From the NCBI GenBank assembly GCA_964606745.1, contig CAZSHJ010000004.1, positions 1 to 61,227 on the forward strand: a stretch of 61,227 nt of DNA, in the 5' to 3' direction. Both the position numbers and the translations under genes were made by a program. Positions within the stretch are counted from its first letter, which is position 1. Every line of letters begins with the position of its first letter. A model generated the notes under the pieces. The model had not been told where the DNA came from. It made no database searches and saw nothing but the letters and a program-made list of their open reading frames with translations. Below are positions 38,398 through 48,550 of this stretch, in pieces. Origin of the DNA: an uncultured Thermoplasmatales archaeon. GTDB taxonomy: Archaea > Thermoplasmatota > E2 > UBA202 > DSCA01.

Positions 38398-39738
38398 TTA
38401 AAATAGGACTAACACATCAACTTTTTCGCTTTCACTGGGATTACCGGCACCATCATAGGCCGTTACTCTTATTTCATGAAATCCAAATCTCTTCTCCAAG
38501 GTCCAAACATAAGGCGTTTCATTATCTATAAATTTTGAAATGTCATCAAGATAAAACTCAACCCTATCAATCCCAGAAACTTCCTCATCCTCTACTTCAA
38601 CATCCCAAGCATCTGCAGTTACATCAAGAGAACCAATAATCTTTGTTCTACCAAGATAAACCTCTCTAACTGGGTTATCAAATAAATATAGCCACCCATC
38701 AAGAGGCTTAGTTAGCTCCACCACTGGTTTTCCAGTATCATTACCCCTAATAACATCACTTTCTACACCATGAACGGCAGTTCCGATAAAATAATGGCCA
38801 TACCTTATTCTGCACCATCCTCTTTCTCCAGTAACCCCGTACGTATCCTCACCCCAACGGTTACCCCAACTGTTTTTAACAATCCAACATTGTTCACTAT
38901 CGTTATAGCCAACGATAACAGGCTGATGGTTTATATCCTCCACCGATTCACCTGGTTGATGTGGGTGTACCAAGATATCACCACGGTATCCAAACCAGTC
39001 ATCATACACAGCCACATCTGCCACGAGGGGGCCATTCTCTATCAATGCCTGTTTTATTGCATCAACACTCTGATTGACTGCTGTCCAATAATCACCAACG
39101 GGCAAGAGATAACTCTCCCAGTCCGGGCATTTATCATCGCAGGAACCATTCTCAGCTATATATGGAAAACATGATTCTGGAATTGCACCGCCAGTTTCAT
39201 GCATCCACTCGAATGATCTTTCGGCCCATCCTCCGCTACATCCATAGCCAGGACCACATGATACCAAATACTGTTCTGATAGGTCCATGTCCACATCAGA
39301 ATCATTAAATTCAATATTTATTGCTGCCTCAAGGGCGCCAATAGCACCAAATGCCCAACAGGAGCCACACTGCCCTTGATTCCGTATGGGGGTGGTCCAG
39401 TCCCCACCATTATAGTTTCTCCAATCAAAACTAGGGGGCAAATTCCCAGCAGGTTCTTTTAACTCTACCGTATTAGCATTAGAATAACCAAGGTAGATAT
39501 ATCCGAGGCCATAAGGACATTCTCCAGAATCATCACTCTGTGTCTCTCCCCTTAGCACAGAGGTTATGGTAAGACAAAAAAAGAGGAACGATAGCCCTAT
39601 AGCCAAACTTTTTTTCCATTTTTTGTTTTGCATTTTCTTCGCCTCCGAAATACAAAATGACTTACTGCTTATATAACCTTCGAAAACGTCCACAAGTGAT
39701 AACAACAATTTATAGAGATTCCCTGGCATTTCCATCAA
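38398..39738 (-). CDS. Secreted C1A (papain-family) cysteine peptidase with C-terminal Ig-like domain
   Basis: FDWRN, RNQGQCGSCWAF, LSEQYLVSC, NHQPVIVGY, KNSWG. Confidence 0.92.
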   Translation of the reverse strand: MMEMPGNLYKLLLSLVDVFEGYISSKSFCISEAKKMQNKKWKKSLAIGLSFLFFCLTITSVLRGETQSDDSGECPYGLGYIYLGYSNANTVELKEPAGNLPPSFDWRNYNGGDWTTPIRNQGQCGSCWAFGAIGALEAAINIEFNDSDVDMDLSEQYLVSCGPGYGCSGGWAERSFEWMHETGGAIPESCFPYIAENGSCDDKCPDWESYLLPVGDYWTAVNQSVDAIKQALIENGPLVADVAVYDDWFGYRGDILVHPHQPGESVEDINHQPVIVGYNDSEQCWIVKNSWGNRWGEDTYGVTGERGWCRIRYGHYFIGTAVHGVESDVIRGNDTGKPVVELTKPLDGWLYLFDNPVREVYLGRTKIIGSLDVTADAWDVEVEDEEVSGIDRVEFYLDDISKFIDNETPYVWTLEKRFGFHEIRVTAYDGAGNPSESEKVDVLVLF

Positions 39739-39882
39739 TCAAATTTGTGTTCTGTTAAAAAATTCAACAATAAACAAGACGGCTGCCGCAAGATTGTTTG
39801 ATGCAAATTTTAGCAGGGAGGAAAAACATAAGTTAGTTAAAGAAAAATAGAGAAGAAAAGGATAGTGGGAAAAAGAGAAAAA

Positions 39883-40089
39883 TTAACCGTTTTGATCGTC
39901 CTCGAAAATGAACAGTTCATCTATTGTTGTTTTTAATGCTTTTGCAACATCGTAAGCCAGTTTTAGAGAGGGATTGTATTTTCCTTTTTCGAGAAATAGA
40001 ATAGTTTCTCTGCGTACACCTACTCTTTTTGCAAGATCCTCTTGAGTTAGATCGTAACGGGCTCTGAGTTCCTTAATTCTTGTTTTCAT
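39883..40089 (-). CDS. XRE-family HTH transcriptional regulator
   Basis: [34 protein letters not shown]. Confidence 0.9.
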   Translation of the reverse strand: MKTRIKELRARYDLTQEDLAKRVGVRRETILFLEKGKYNPSLKLAYDVAKALKTTIDELFIFEDDQNG

Positions 40090-40091
40090 GC

Positions 40092-40496
40092 TTATTTCCC
40101 TTTCCAGGCTAAGTAAAGATAGGATACCATAAATGTTAATCCTCCACACAAGACAACAACGGCTGTGACATAGTGTCCTGGCATTTCATAGTCAAATAAA
40201 ATTCCTGATAGTAATGGAGCCCCAACTGCACTCCAAATTGAAGCAATAAATCCATAGGAACATGCTTTATAATTTGTTAGTTTCAACCTTTCATCTTGTG
40301 CAGGAAGTCCCTTTTTAACATTTTTTATTCTATCCCATAGTATATACATTGCTGAACCTATTAATATCAAGACTATTCCAATTGGGAATATTTCATCTAG
40401 TTCAATGTTTCCTGCATTTAGTACATAAAAGGATAGTGTCACTATTACAGCTGCTACTATTCCAAGGCCTAATAAAATTCCTTTTATATCTTTCAT
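40092..40496 (-). CDS. DUF2178-like membrane protein
   Basis: Four TMs, DERLK motif, typical partner of XRE regulators. Confidence 0.7.
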   Translation of the reverse strand: MKDIKGILLGLGIVAAVIVTLSFYVLNAGNIELDEIFPIGIVLILIGSAMYILWDRIKNVKKGLPAQDERLKLTNYKACSYGFIASIWSAVGAPLLSGILFDYEMPGHYVTAVVVLCGGLTFMVSYLYLAWKGK

Positions 40497-40500
40497 TTTT

Positions 40501-40761
40501 TCATACCTCCTTATATTTATTTAATTTTGTTTTTCTAACTATATCTATAACAGAAAGAAAGACACCTGCACCTATAAAACTATAGCCTATCAGAAGGTCA
40601 TTACCGCCGAAAATGATGGCAAGAATAACTAATGCCATCCCAAGCATAGCTAGTCTAGAATGTGGTTTTTCTTTCTTTTTCCTTACCAAGATTACAATAA
40701 GTGCAACAGCTATCAACACAACGATGGATATTGCAATGTAAACTTCTGGTGTACTACTCAT
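40501..40761 (-). CDS. Small three-TM membrane protein
   Basis: 86 aa hydrophobic, same operon. Confidence 0.7.
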   Translation of the reverse strand: MSSTPEVYIAISIVVLIAVALIVILVRKKKEKPHSRLAMLGMALVILAIIFGGNDLLIGYSFIGAGVFLSVIDIVRKTKLNKYKEV

Positions 40762-41216
40762 TTTTTACCTCCTTTTCTATATTAGTTAGTGATAGCTTTT
40801 CGTTAGTTTTCCCTAACTCAATATTTGTTATTTCAAACTTTTTATTTATTTTTTCTAACATAATGTTAGGTATATATAATACAAGTATTTATAGTTTTCT
40901 GCTCTTCATGTATTTAAGGAGAAAAATATAGTCGTATCGAAAGATATTACGGAGTTTCTGCCATTATATTTAACAAGACAGCAAGCACCGGATTTATTAA
41001 GAAAGAGAGAATATGAAACAATGCAGTTTTGTTCCTCAAGGGAGAAAGGAGAGGACTAGAGAATACGTTTTCTTTTTCTAAGCATTATTTTTTATAGATT
41101 TTCCTTGGCAAAACCAACATACAGGAATGAAGGAGATTGCTATGTAAAACGGATTTATGACATGAAGAACTCACTCCTTTTTTATTTAATTATTTAAAGT
41201 TGAACATTTCCCTTAT

Positions 41217-42197
41217 TTACAATGTCCTTATGACGAAGAATAGAATAGAGAGAATGGCTAACCCCATTATGCCGCTTGCCTGCCACTTTGGATAATTTAG
41301 CCTGCTTTTTATTCCATTCATTGTTTGCCTGATATCAGCGTTTGTTGAGGAAATCTTTATCAGATCCCGTAGGCCTCTAAAGGGAATAGAATACGTAAGG
41401 ATGAGAATGAGTACGGTAAAAGCCAAAAGTATCTCAATATTAAAGGAGTGATCCAGTATAGCCAATGGTGTTAAACTCGAAAAAAGCAAATAAAATCCAA
41501 TAATACTTATACACAGTCCGCCGGTTACCAACGCAAGGGCTATTTTTAGTGTCTTTGTTAATCCCCATCTTACGGCAGGCGTCTTTAAACCGGTTTCTTT
41601 GTCCTCCAAGTAATCTTGGGATTGATTTACCAAAGCTATGCCGTAATGTACTATTGTAAGAGCCAGAGTAATAAAAATTAGTGGTAGAGAAGGCATTCCT
41701 CCTATTACAACATAAAGTAGAAAAATAAAGGGGGCAAACATGGCTGAAAAAGCTAATGTGGCATGCAATATACCCCTGACTTTGAAGTGAAAAGGTTCAA
41801 CAGAATATCCTAAACCAAAAAAAGTGGCAAAAATAATCCAGATTAATATCCAATAGTTGTTGAGAAGATAACATATGTGAGCCGTGATTAAGATACCTGC
41901 CATGACTTGAAGAAAAATTAGCGTCTTCAGCATTTTCTTCCCAAGAACACCAACGGCTTGTGATACAAATGTTTTATATTTGCTGTCTACTTCAACATCT
42001 GCTAATGCGTTTATTAAAAATCCGCTCCAGAACAGAAGCATAAAAACTAAAAACGATTCTATAACATGTATGGCTAAAACATTAGAAAGCGATGCGGCTC
42101 CGAGAAGGAGGGGTATAGCCATACCTGGGGCTTCTCCGGGGATGTATTCCATCCTGCATGCATTTGCGTATGCTCTCAAGTATTTCCTGAGTTTCAT
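41217..42197 (-). CDS. UbiA-family prenyltransferase
   Basis: LINALADVEVD, NQSQDYLEDKETG Asp-rich motifs, multiple TMs. Confidence 0.8.
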   Translation of the reverse strand: MKLRKYLRAYANACRMEYIPGEAPGMAIPLLLGAASLSNVLAIHVIESFLVFMLLFWSGFLINALADVEVDSKYKTFVSQAVGVLGKKMLKTLIFLQVMAGILITAHICYLLNNYWILIWIIFATFFGLGYSVEPFHFKVRGILHATLAFSAMFAPFIFLLYVVIGGMPSLPLIFITLALTIVHYGIALVNQSQDYLEDKETGLKTPAVRWGLTKTLKIALALVTGGLCISIIGFYLLFSSLTPLAILDHSFNIEILLAFTVLILILTYSIPFRGLRDLIKISSTNADIRQTMNGIKSRLNYPKWQASGIMGLAILSILFFVIRTL

Positions 42198-42488
42198 CTT
42201 TTCCCCTTTTTATGTGGTAAATATCGGGCTTTTATAAGTTCTCTTTAAATCAGTATTTAATAAAGGTCATAAAAAATTTAATTAGCAATGACTTGATAAC
42301 AGATGTTCTTCGGCACTTTTAATGTGTCAAAACTGCCTTCGTTTAAAAATTTTAATTCTATTTTTTTTCTATCTGTAATACAGTATATCCCTCGGCGAAA
42401 AATGGCAATCGAATAACTGAATGAGGGTAAATTTTACTGGTTCACAGTGTATCGTCACTGTGTTATATGCTGCCAGACATACGAGATA

Positions 42489-43037
42489 TCACTCCCCATT
42501 TGTGGGCCCTTTCTCCTGTTTATTTTCTCCTCCATCCAGCCCAAATTTCTTTTCCTTTTTCCAGATGAAAATTGCTGCTGCTATAAGGACCACGCTTGTG
42601 ACAGCAAAAATAACAATAAAATAAAGCATCATCATGTCCCTGCTACCCGCACTTGAGTTTTCACCTGCCATAACTTTTAGCTGTTCAGGAGCTTTATCTT
42701 TCAGATAAAGATATGCGGAGACGATTGCCCCTATGATAAAAACAACAGCAGACGATAGAAGAAGGGTTATCCTTGCTTTTTCGGGATGCAAAATGCTTTT
42801 TCCCTTACGTGTCAAACTGTAATATATCCATTTGTGGTCAGATTCCTCCTTTCTTATCAGCCCTGCCTCGACCAGTCTGGACAGGTGTTTGTGAATAGCG
42901 GATTTGTTGTAGTCAAGGTTTTTAGCTATCTCCGATAGAGTTTTACGCCTTTCATCCAGTTCTTTCAACATTTCTATTCTCGTATCTGATGCCAGTGCAG
43001 CGAATACATCCCTGTCGATGATTATCTTGCTCGACAC
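42489..43037 (-). CDS. Membrane-anchored ArsR-type wHTH regulator
   Basis: FAALASDTRIEML, HKHLSRLVEAGLI, YYSLT, then two TMs. Confidence 0.85.
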   Translation of the reverse strand: MSSKIIIDRDVFAALASDTRIEMLKELDERRKTLSEIAKNLDYNKSAIHKHLSRLVEAGLIRKEESDHKWIYYSLTRKGKSILHPEKARITLLLSSAVVFIIGAIVSAYLYLKDKAPEQLKVMAGENSSAGSRDMMMLYFIVIFAVTSVVLIAAAIFIWKKEKKFGLDGGENKQEKGPTNGE

Positions 43038-43201
43038 AAATGTTTAAGAATCTGCATTTAAAAAACGTTTGGTTTTCGTTCACCATATGGAGACTGTTCC
43101 CAGATAAACCCCCTTCCCGGCAGTTGTACTGTGTACTTTGTGAAGCTATGAAAAGACGACAAGACTAAATAGCAAAATACATTTATTATCCAGGAGATAT
43201 T

Positions 43202-44929
43202 ATGTTTTTGAAGAGGCTGGTAAGATATGTGGTAGTGGGTATAACCATTCTATGCCTTAGTTTAAATGCAGGCTTGTCGAATGCCTCCGATGCTGATAAT
43301 GACGGCATTGACGACGGGGAAGAGCAGGCGCTTGCAGAAAAGTATGCCCCCATACTGTACTTCGAGGGAAAGGAGGAGGTTTATCCTGTTTCGATAGCCT
43401 ATGCTCTTTCAAGTTCCAATCTCAACCAGAGTAACGAAGGAGTGCCGACTCTGATATATGAAAATCCTACAGTAGGGCAACTCTCACACTACACGGATAC
43501 GGGCGGAAATTACTACCTCGACAACAGAAAGGGCACGATAGATGATGACCGCATAATAAAGGATTACAGGGAAAATATGGAAAACCTTGGTTACACTGTC
43601 TATTCACATGTTTTCAAACAGGGCAATGAAACAATAATCCAGTACTGGATGTTTTACGTATTCAACAAAGGCACGCTCAACACGCATGAAGGTGACTGGG
43701 AAATGGTTCAAATCATTCTAAACGGGGAAAATCAGCCGGCAGAAGCGATGTACAGCCAGCATGTCAGCGGGCAGAAGGCAAAGTGGAACCAGGTGGAAAA
43801 AAGCGGCGACCATCCAAAAGTATATGTGGCAAGGGGAAGCCATGCCAATTATTTCCGCTATTACCAAGGCAAGCTCGGGCTGGCAAGCGATTATGTTGGA
43901 AAAAACGGCAGGGTGCTGAAAATAGATGATTACAACATGGTCATTCTGGGGGAGAAGGGAGGAAATCATATTTCAGAGCAGGGATGGATTGATTTCGCAG
44001 GCAGATGGGGAGATTTCGGGAGTAACGAAAGCGAGATAAGGGGGGAGCGCGGACCCTGCGGCCCGGCTTATCGGGAAGATGGGAATATGTGGGCAGGAAT
44101 GATATGGGGCAATTCTCTTCCATCGCTGAATAAGAATGTGCTTGCCGCTGACTGGATATTTTATCACTTCAATATGCTGTATCTTGCTGTTCTGGCGGCA
44201 TCTCTTGCGTTTATATTGTTCGGCATTTATCGCAGGCGTAAAGGGCTGGAAAAACCTTTCTTCTATATACTAAAAATAGATGGCGTGAATGCAAAAAGCA
44301 TCGGCAACATTCTTGCCGTAGTCGGTATTGTGCTGGTAGTAACATCTCTTTTCTATCCATGGTATGGCGTATCAGTTGATGCGCAGACCGGCTCCTATAA
44401 AACACCAGGACTTACAGAAATAATCTCGATAGACGGCCTGAAGGGTATGCAGATAAACTTGCTTGATGAAAACAGCGGAGTGATACAGGCGGGCGCCGTG
44501 CCAATTGCCTTCTCTCTCCTCATCGGTGCGTCAATCTTGTTATTTATATTGGGGACAATAGGGCTTGACAGTAAAAAGGCGGGAAGGAAATACATGGTGC
44601 GGGGCATTAAATTCATCATCCCTGTAATACTCATCATCGTAACTGTCATGTCTTTTTCGTTGCTTGCATTTCAGCTGAATGAATCCGGTGCATCAGAGGG
44701 AGCAGAAGAGGATGCCGGGAAAATAATCAATACCATTTCCTCGCATCCGCTCGGCGGTGATAACACACTCTTGCTTCCAGAGTACGGAACTGTTTATGTC
44801 ACATGGGGAATGAAAAGCGGTGCGTTTCTGCTAATCGCTTCCGGAATCGCTCTCATTGTCTCGGGAGCGATACAAATGATGGCAGGCGACAAACGAATGA
44901 AGGAGATGCGGGCTGCCGAGGAAATATAA
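43202..44929 (+). CDS. Vps62-related exported domain fused to a multi-TM C-terminus
   Basis: Signal peptide; YAPILYF, IQYWMFY, HEGDWE, YVARGSHA. Confidence 0.65.
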   Translation: MFLKRLVRYVVVGITILCLSLNAGLSNASDADNDGIDDGEEQALAEKYAPILYFEGKEEVYPVSIAYALSSSNLNQSNEGVPTLIYENPTVGQLSHYTDTGGNYYLDNRKGTIDDDRIIKDYRENMENLGYTVYSHVFKQGNETIIQYWMFYVFNKGTLNTHEGDWEMVQIILNGENQPAEAMYSQHVSGQKAKWNQVEKSGDHPKVYVARGSHANYFRYYQGKLGLASDYVGKNGRVLKIDDYNMVILGEKGGNHISEQGWIDFAGRWGDFGSNESEIRGERGPCGPAYREDGNMWAGMIWGNSLPSLNKNVLAADWIFYHFNMLYLAVLAASLAFILFGIYRRRKGLEKPFFYILKIDGVNAKSIGNILAVVGIVLVVTSLFYPWYGVSVDAQTGSYKTPGLTEIISIDGLKGMQINLLDENSGVIQAGAVPIAFSLLIGASILLFILGTIGLDSKKAGRKYMVRGIKFIIPVILIIVTVMSFSLLAFQLNESGASEGAEEDAGKIINTISSHPLGGDNTLLLPEYGTVYVTWGMKSGAFLLIASGIALIVSGAIQMMAGDKRMKEMRAAEEI

Positions 44930-44961
44930 AAAATTAAATACATATCTTTTCCTTTACCGGC

Positions 44962-45375
44962 ATGGCAAGGATTATTGAGCCGGAGAAAATACTGGAGATG
45001 ACAAAAAATGCCGAGGTTATAGCAGTTGTGGGTATATCTCCTAAAAAAGAGAGAGCAAGCTACTACATATCGGAAAGGGTCAGGGAGAAGGGCTACAGGA
45101 TGTATTACATAAATCCCGTATATAGGGGACAGAAAATACTCTATGAAAAAGTGCTTTCGTCCTTGAAAGATGTACCGGAAAAAATCGATATTGTGAATGT
45201 ATTCAGAAATCCGAAATATGTGCCGCCTATAATCGAGGAATCCGTTGGTGTCGACGCCGGGGTCGTATGGCTTCAGCCGGGGGCGGAAAGCGAGGAAGTG
45301 ATATCCCGTTATGAAGATAAAATAGATATCATATACAATGCCTGCCTTGGCGTAACAGTCGGCTATCTTAAGTGA
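44962..45375 (+). CDS. CoA-binding domain protein
   Basis: IAVVGIS, YINP, IDIVNVFR, VWLQPG. Confidence 0.85.
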   Translation: MARIIEPEKILEMTKNAEVIAVVGISPKKERASYYISERVREKGYRMYYINPVYRGQKILYEKVLSSLKDVPEKIDIVNVFRNPKYVPPIIEESVGVDAGVVWLQPGAESEEVISRYEDKIDIIYNACLGVTVGYLK

Positions 45376-46430
45376 TTGCAGACAAAAATTTTATCTATCC
45401 GTATCAGATTAGTTACAGCGTGATTTTAAAAGATAAAAGAAAACTAGAAGTATCATACGTTCCCGAGGAAACCCCGTGCAGGGAGGAGGAGAGGAGTCGT
45501 CTTTCCCTTTTGCTCGAGAACAGGAGGGTCCTGATAAGCGGCGAGGTAGGAACGGGAAAGACACTCATGGCAAAACATACCGGCGGGGATGTGTATGTGA
45601 ACTGTTACACAAACCGTTCGGAGCATAAGGTGCTAGAGGAAGTACTACACCAGATTCGCCCCAATTTCAGCACTGCCGGGCTGACGGGCCAGCGCCTGTG
45701 GAAGGAAATAATCGGGGAACATCTTCTCATCCTTGATGAAGTCGATGGGATGGATATCAAAGATATAGCCCATTTTGTATACACGCTTTCAAGACAGGCA
45801 GAGCTCGGGGAGGGTATAAAATATGTGGCTGTCACTCGCTCGGCTCTCATGTTGGAGCAGCTTATTCGTGATTCTGCAGCATGGTCAACTTTTGCCGAGA
45901 AAGCAGTCGTGCAGCTTCGTCCTTACACTAAGAGCCAGATGATGGAGATACTTGCATATAGAGCAAGAGAGGCAATCATGCACGGAGGCTATGACGAGGA
46001 TATACTTTCGCTCGTTGCGGATATCGCCCTCATTTCTGCAGGTCACATGCGCTCGGGGGTAGACCTGCTCCGTAACTCGGCAATGATAGCTGATCGTAGG
46101 GGGCATGAGAAAATAATGCCTGAGGACGTGAGGACGGCAAACCAGGAGAACTGGTTTGAGGGCATTGGTGAAATTGATAAGGGGCAAATATCAGTCCTAC
46201 TTGCCGTTGCTGCTTCATGTGTTACCAGGGCATATACCAGCAAAGACGAAATCTTCGAGGAGTATAAATCAAAATGTGAGGAGTACGGCATGGAAGCAAA
46301 GGAAATGGAGAAAAACCTGAAGTTTCTTATAAATCAGGGGTTTGTCCATAAAAGTGAGAAGGGATACACAATACTTGATTGCCCTGCAGAGTTGTTGATA
46401 AAAGAAATAGAAAACCTTTTAAATAGATAG
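45372..46430 (+). CDS. Compact Orc1/Cdc6-like AAA+ ATPase
   Basis: Walker A GEVGTGKT, YVNC, Walker B LILDEVD, PYTKSQMMEIL, GHMRSGVDLL. Confidence 0.75.
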   Translation: MIADKNFIYPYQISYSVILKDKRKLEVSYVPEETPCREEERSRLSLLLENRRVLISGEVGTGKTLMAKHTGGDVYVNCYTNRSEHKVLEEVLHQIRPNFSTAGLTGQRLWKEIIGEHLLILDEVDGMDIKDIAHFVYTLSRQAELGEGIKYVAVTRSALMLEQLIRDSAAWSTFAEKAVVQLRPYTKSQMMEILAYRAREAIMHGGYDEDILSLVADIALISAGHMRSGVDLLRNSAMIADRRGHEKIMPEDVRTANQENWFEGIGEIDKGQISVLLAVAASCVTRAYTSKDEIFEEYKSKCEEYGMEAKEMEKNLKFLINQGFVHKSEKGYTILDCPAELLIKEIENLLNR

Positions 46431-46484
46431 AACAAACCCCCTCCCTTTGTTTATATACTTCCCGGATGTTTATTGTATGAGGAT

Positions 46485-46530
46485 AAAACCCCGCATAAAT
46501 AAAGCGCCCTGATGCGGGCATACGGGTTTT
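46485..46530. terminator. Stem-loop with T-tract between convergent genes
   Basis: CCCGCAT...ATGCGGG inverted repeat followed by a T-run. Confidence 0.4.
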
Positions 46531-46805
46531 TTTATTTTTTTATCACTCCGGGATTAGGTATAATGGTCATTGAAGAGCGGAAAAAGAACAGATAGTCATA
46601 ATGGAAAAACATTTTTTCCAACGGCCAAATGATGTATGGCATACACTACTACCTAAAAAAGATTTATAAACAAGAAATGCATTTAGAAATATGGGAATAG
46701 GGGAGCAAATTTTCTCTTCAATTTTTTCATTCCTACCTCCTTTCCCCTTTCCCATTTTATCAACAATATGTTAGCGGTTGCATCGCAATTCAGGTCATGC
46801 TTTAC

Positions 46806-47558
46806 TTAACTCTTTCTGAATGCCCAGCCTCCGAGCGTGATGAGGGCTGCAGAGAATACGGCAAGTACCGAAAAGTCGAGCCATATCGGAAATTCATGAA
46901 GGTTGATAGAAAAATATCTCATGGCGTCAACTCCATACGTCAACGGGTTCACCTTCACACCCCACTGCAGCCAGCCTGGAAGCGAGGAAACCGGGTAGAA
47001 TGCACCGCTAAGAAAAACCATTGGCTGAATCATGAAGTTCATGACCATCTGGAATCCTTCCATGCTGCTCATTTTGCTCGCCACTGCAAGCCCGAAGGAA
47101 ACGAACGCCATCGAAACGAGGAGCATTGTCAGGAGCATCCCTGCGACTGCCATGACCGGGGATGAACTGACTAGTTTCATTCCCATGATAAACCCCAGAA
47201 TGAGAATGATGATTCCCTGAAAAATCGATTGGGTCACCCCTCCGAGCATCTTTCCGATAAGAACACTTTCCCTTCTGACGGGGGCGACAAGCATCTCCTT
47301 AAGAAAACCGAACTCACGGTCGAAAACCGTTGTTATCCCGGAAATCGTGCCCGTAAAAACCATCGTCATTACCATTATCCCGGGCGTCAGAAAAGAAATG
47401 AAATCTACCGGCATGACAATTTTGAATGCACTGTTAAATGCATTTCCTATGATACCCAGCCACAGCAAGGGCATGACCATCGTTGTTACAAGGCGTACAC
47501 GGGAGCGTTTGATGCGTATCATCTCCCTCAGATAGATTGCATATATGTCCTGAATCAT
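46806..47558 (-). CDS. ABC-2 permease
   Basis: FDREFGFLKEMLVAPV, FLSGAFYP, NPLTYGVDAMR. Confidence 0.92.
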   Translation of the reverse strand: MIQDIYAIYLREMIRIKRSRVRLVTTMVMPLLWLGIIGNAFNSAFKIVMPVDFISFLTPGIMVMTMVFTGTISGITTVFDREFGFLKEMLVAPVRRESVLIGKMLGGVTQSIFQGIIILILGFIMGMKLVSSSPVMAVAGMLLTMLLVSMAFVSFGLAVASKMSSMEGFQMVMNFMIQPMVFLSGAFYPVSSLPGWLQWGVKVNPLTYGVDAMRYFSINLHEFPIWLDFSVLAVFSAALITLGGWAFRKS

Positions 47559-48550
47559 TTTCTTCCCCTTATCACCCTGACGCGCATCTTCATTCTTTCC
47601 TTTTCGTTTCCCTCCTCCTCCCTGTACGCCCTGCCCGTGTAATGCAGGAATACATCTTCCAGGGAAGGTTCCTTGTAGGTTATGCTCTTTACTTCTATAC
47701 TCTCCTTGTTAGAGATTGTAAATATCTTCGGGATGGTCTCCTCTGCCCTCTGGACATTTATTATCAATTCTCCGTCCGTGACCACCGGCTCGGCCGTTAC
47801 CCTGCATTTGCAATCCGTTATTGCCTTCTTCAGTCCTTCGGGATTATCGCATAAAATTTTTATCACATCGCCGCCGATGGAATCTTTTAGGGCGGATGGC
47901 TTTCCTTCAGCCACTATTTTTCCCCTGTCCATTATCATAACCCTGTCTGCCAGTGCATCCGCTTCCTCCATGTAATGAGTTGTGAGCAGGACAGTTACGC
48001 CTTCTCCGTTCAACTTTTTAATATACTCCCATATATGTCGTCTTGTCTGCGGGTCAAGTCCAAGCGTCGGCTCATCGAGGAATAGCACTTCTGGAGAATG
48101 CATGAGACCACGTGCGATTTCAAGCCTTCGTCTCATCCCTCCGGAGAAGGTTTTCACGATGCTATCTGCCCTTTCCGACAGGTCCACCATCTCAAGGGCT
48201 TCATCTATCTTTTTTCGCCTCTCCTCCCTATGCATGTGGTAGAGCCTTCCGTGTATGTCGAGGTTTTCCCTTGCCGTAAGCTGGTCGTCGAGGCTGGGGT
48301 CCTGGAATACAATACCGATGCTTTGTCTCACCTTGTCCGCTTCCTTCACGGCGTCATACCCGTTCACAAGTGTTTTTCCGTCGGTGGGCTTCAGCAGCGT
48401 TGCAAGCATACTTATCGTTGTTGTCTTGCCCGCCCCGTTGGGCCCCAGCAGAGCAAAAAGTTCCCCTTTGTTTATTTTAAGGTTTATGCCGTCCACCGCC
48501 GTAAAGCCATCAAACTTTTTCGTAAGCTCTGTTGTCTCAATCGCTACCAT
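47555..48550 (-). CDS. ABC transporter ATPase (DrrA-like)
   Basis: GPNGAGKTT, FSGGM, LDEPT, TTHYMEEA. Confidence 0.95.
   Translation of the reverse strand: MVAIETTELTKKFDGFTAVDGINLKINKGELFALLGPNGAGKTTTISMLATLLKPTDGKTLVNGYDAVKEADKVRQSIGIVFQDPSLDDQLTARENLDIHGRLYHMHREERRKKIDEALEMVDLSERADSIVKTFSGGMRRRLEIARGLMHSPEVLFLDEPTLGLDPQTRRHIWEYIKKLNGEGVTVLLTTHYMEEADALADRVMIMDRGKIVAEGKPSALKDSIGGDVIKILCDNPEGLKKAITDCKCRVTAEPVVTDGELIINVQRAEETIPKIFTISNKESIEVKSITYKEPSLEDVFLHYTGRAYREEEGNEKERMKMRVRVIRGRK

Larger units (their letters stand above)
38230..42419. mobile_element. Putative non-autonomous 4.2-kb sister element
   Basis: Candidate degenerate distal end at 42392-42419 (reverse complement CAGTTATTCGATTGCCATTTTTCGCCGA) followed by AATGAG; no transposase inside. 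Confidence 0.35.

Noticed and set aside
25162-42419. Classical composite transposon bounded by two complete IS copies
   Set aside because: Only one transposase is present and no inner IS ends flank it; the TSD brackets 25162-38220 only.
46430-46800. Replication origin downstream of the Cdc6-like gene (TGGAAAAA-CAT-TTTTTCCA palindrome at 46602-46620)
   Set aside because: No repeated ORB motifs with G-strings; more likely a convergent terminator region.
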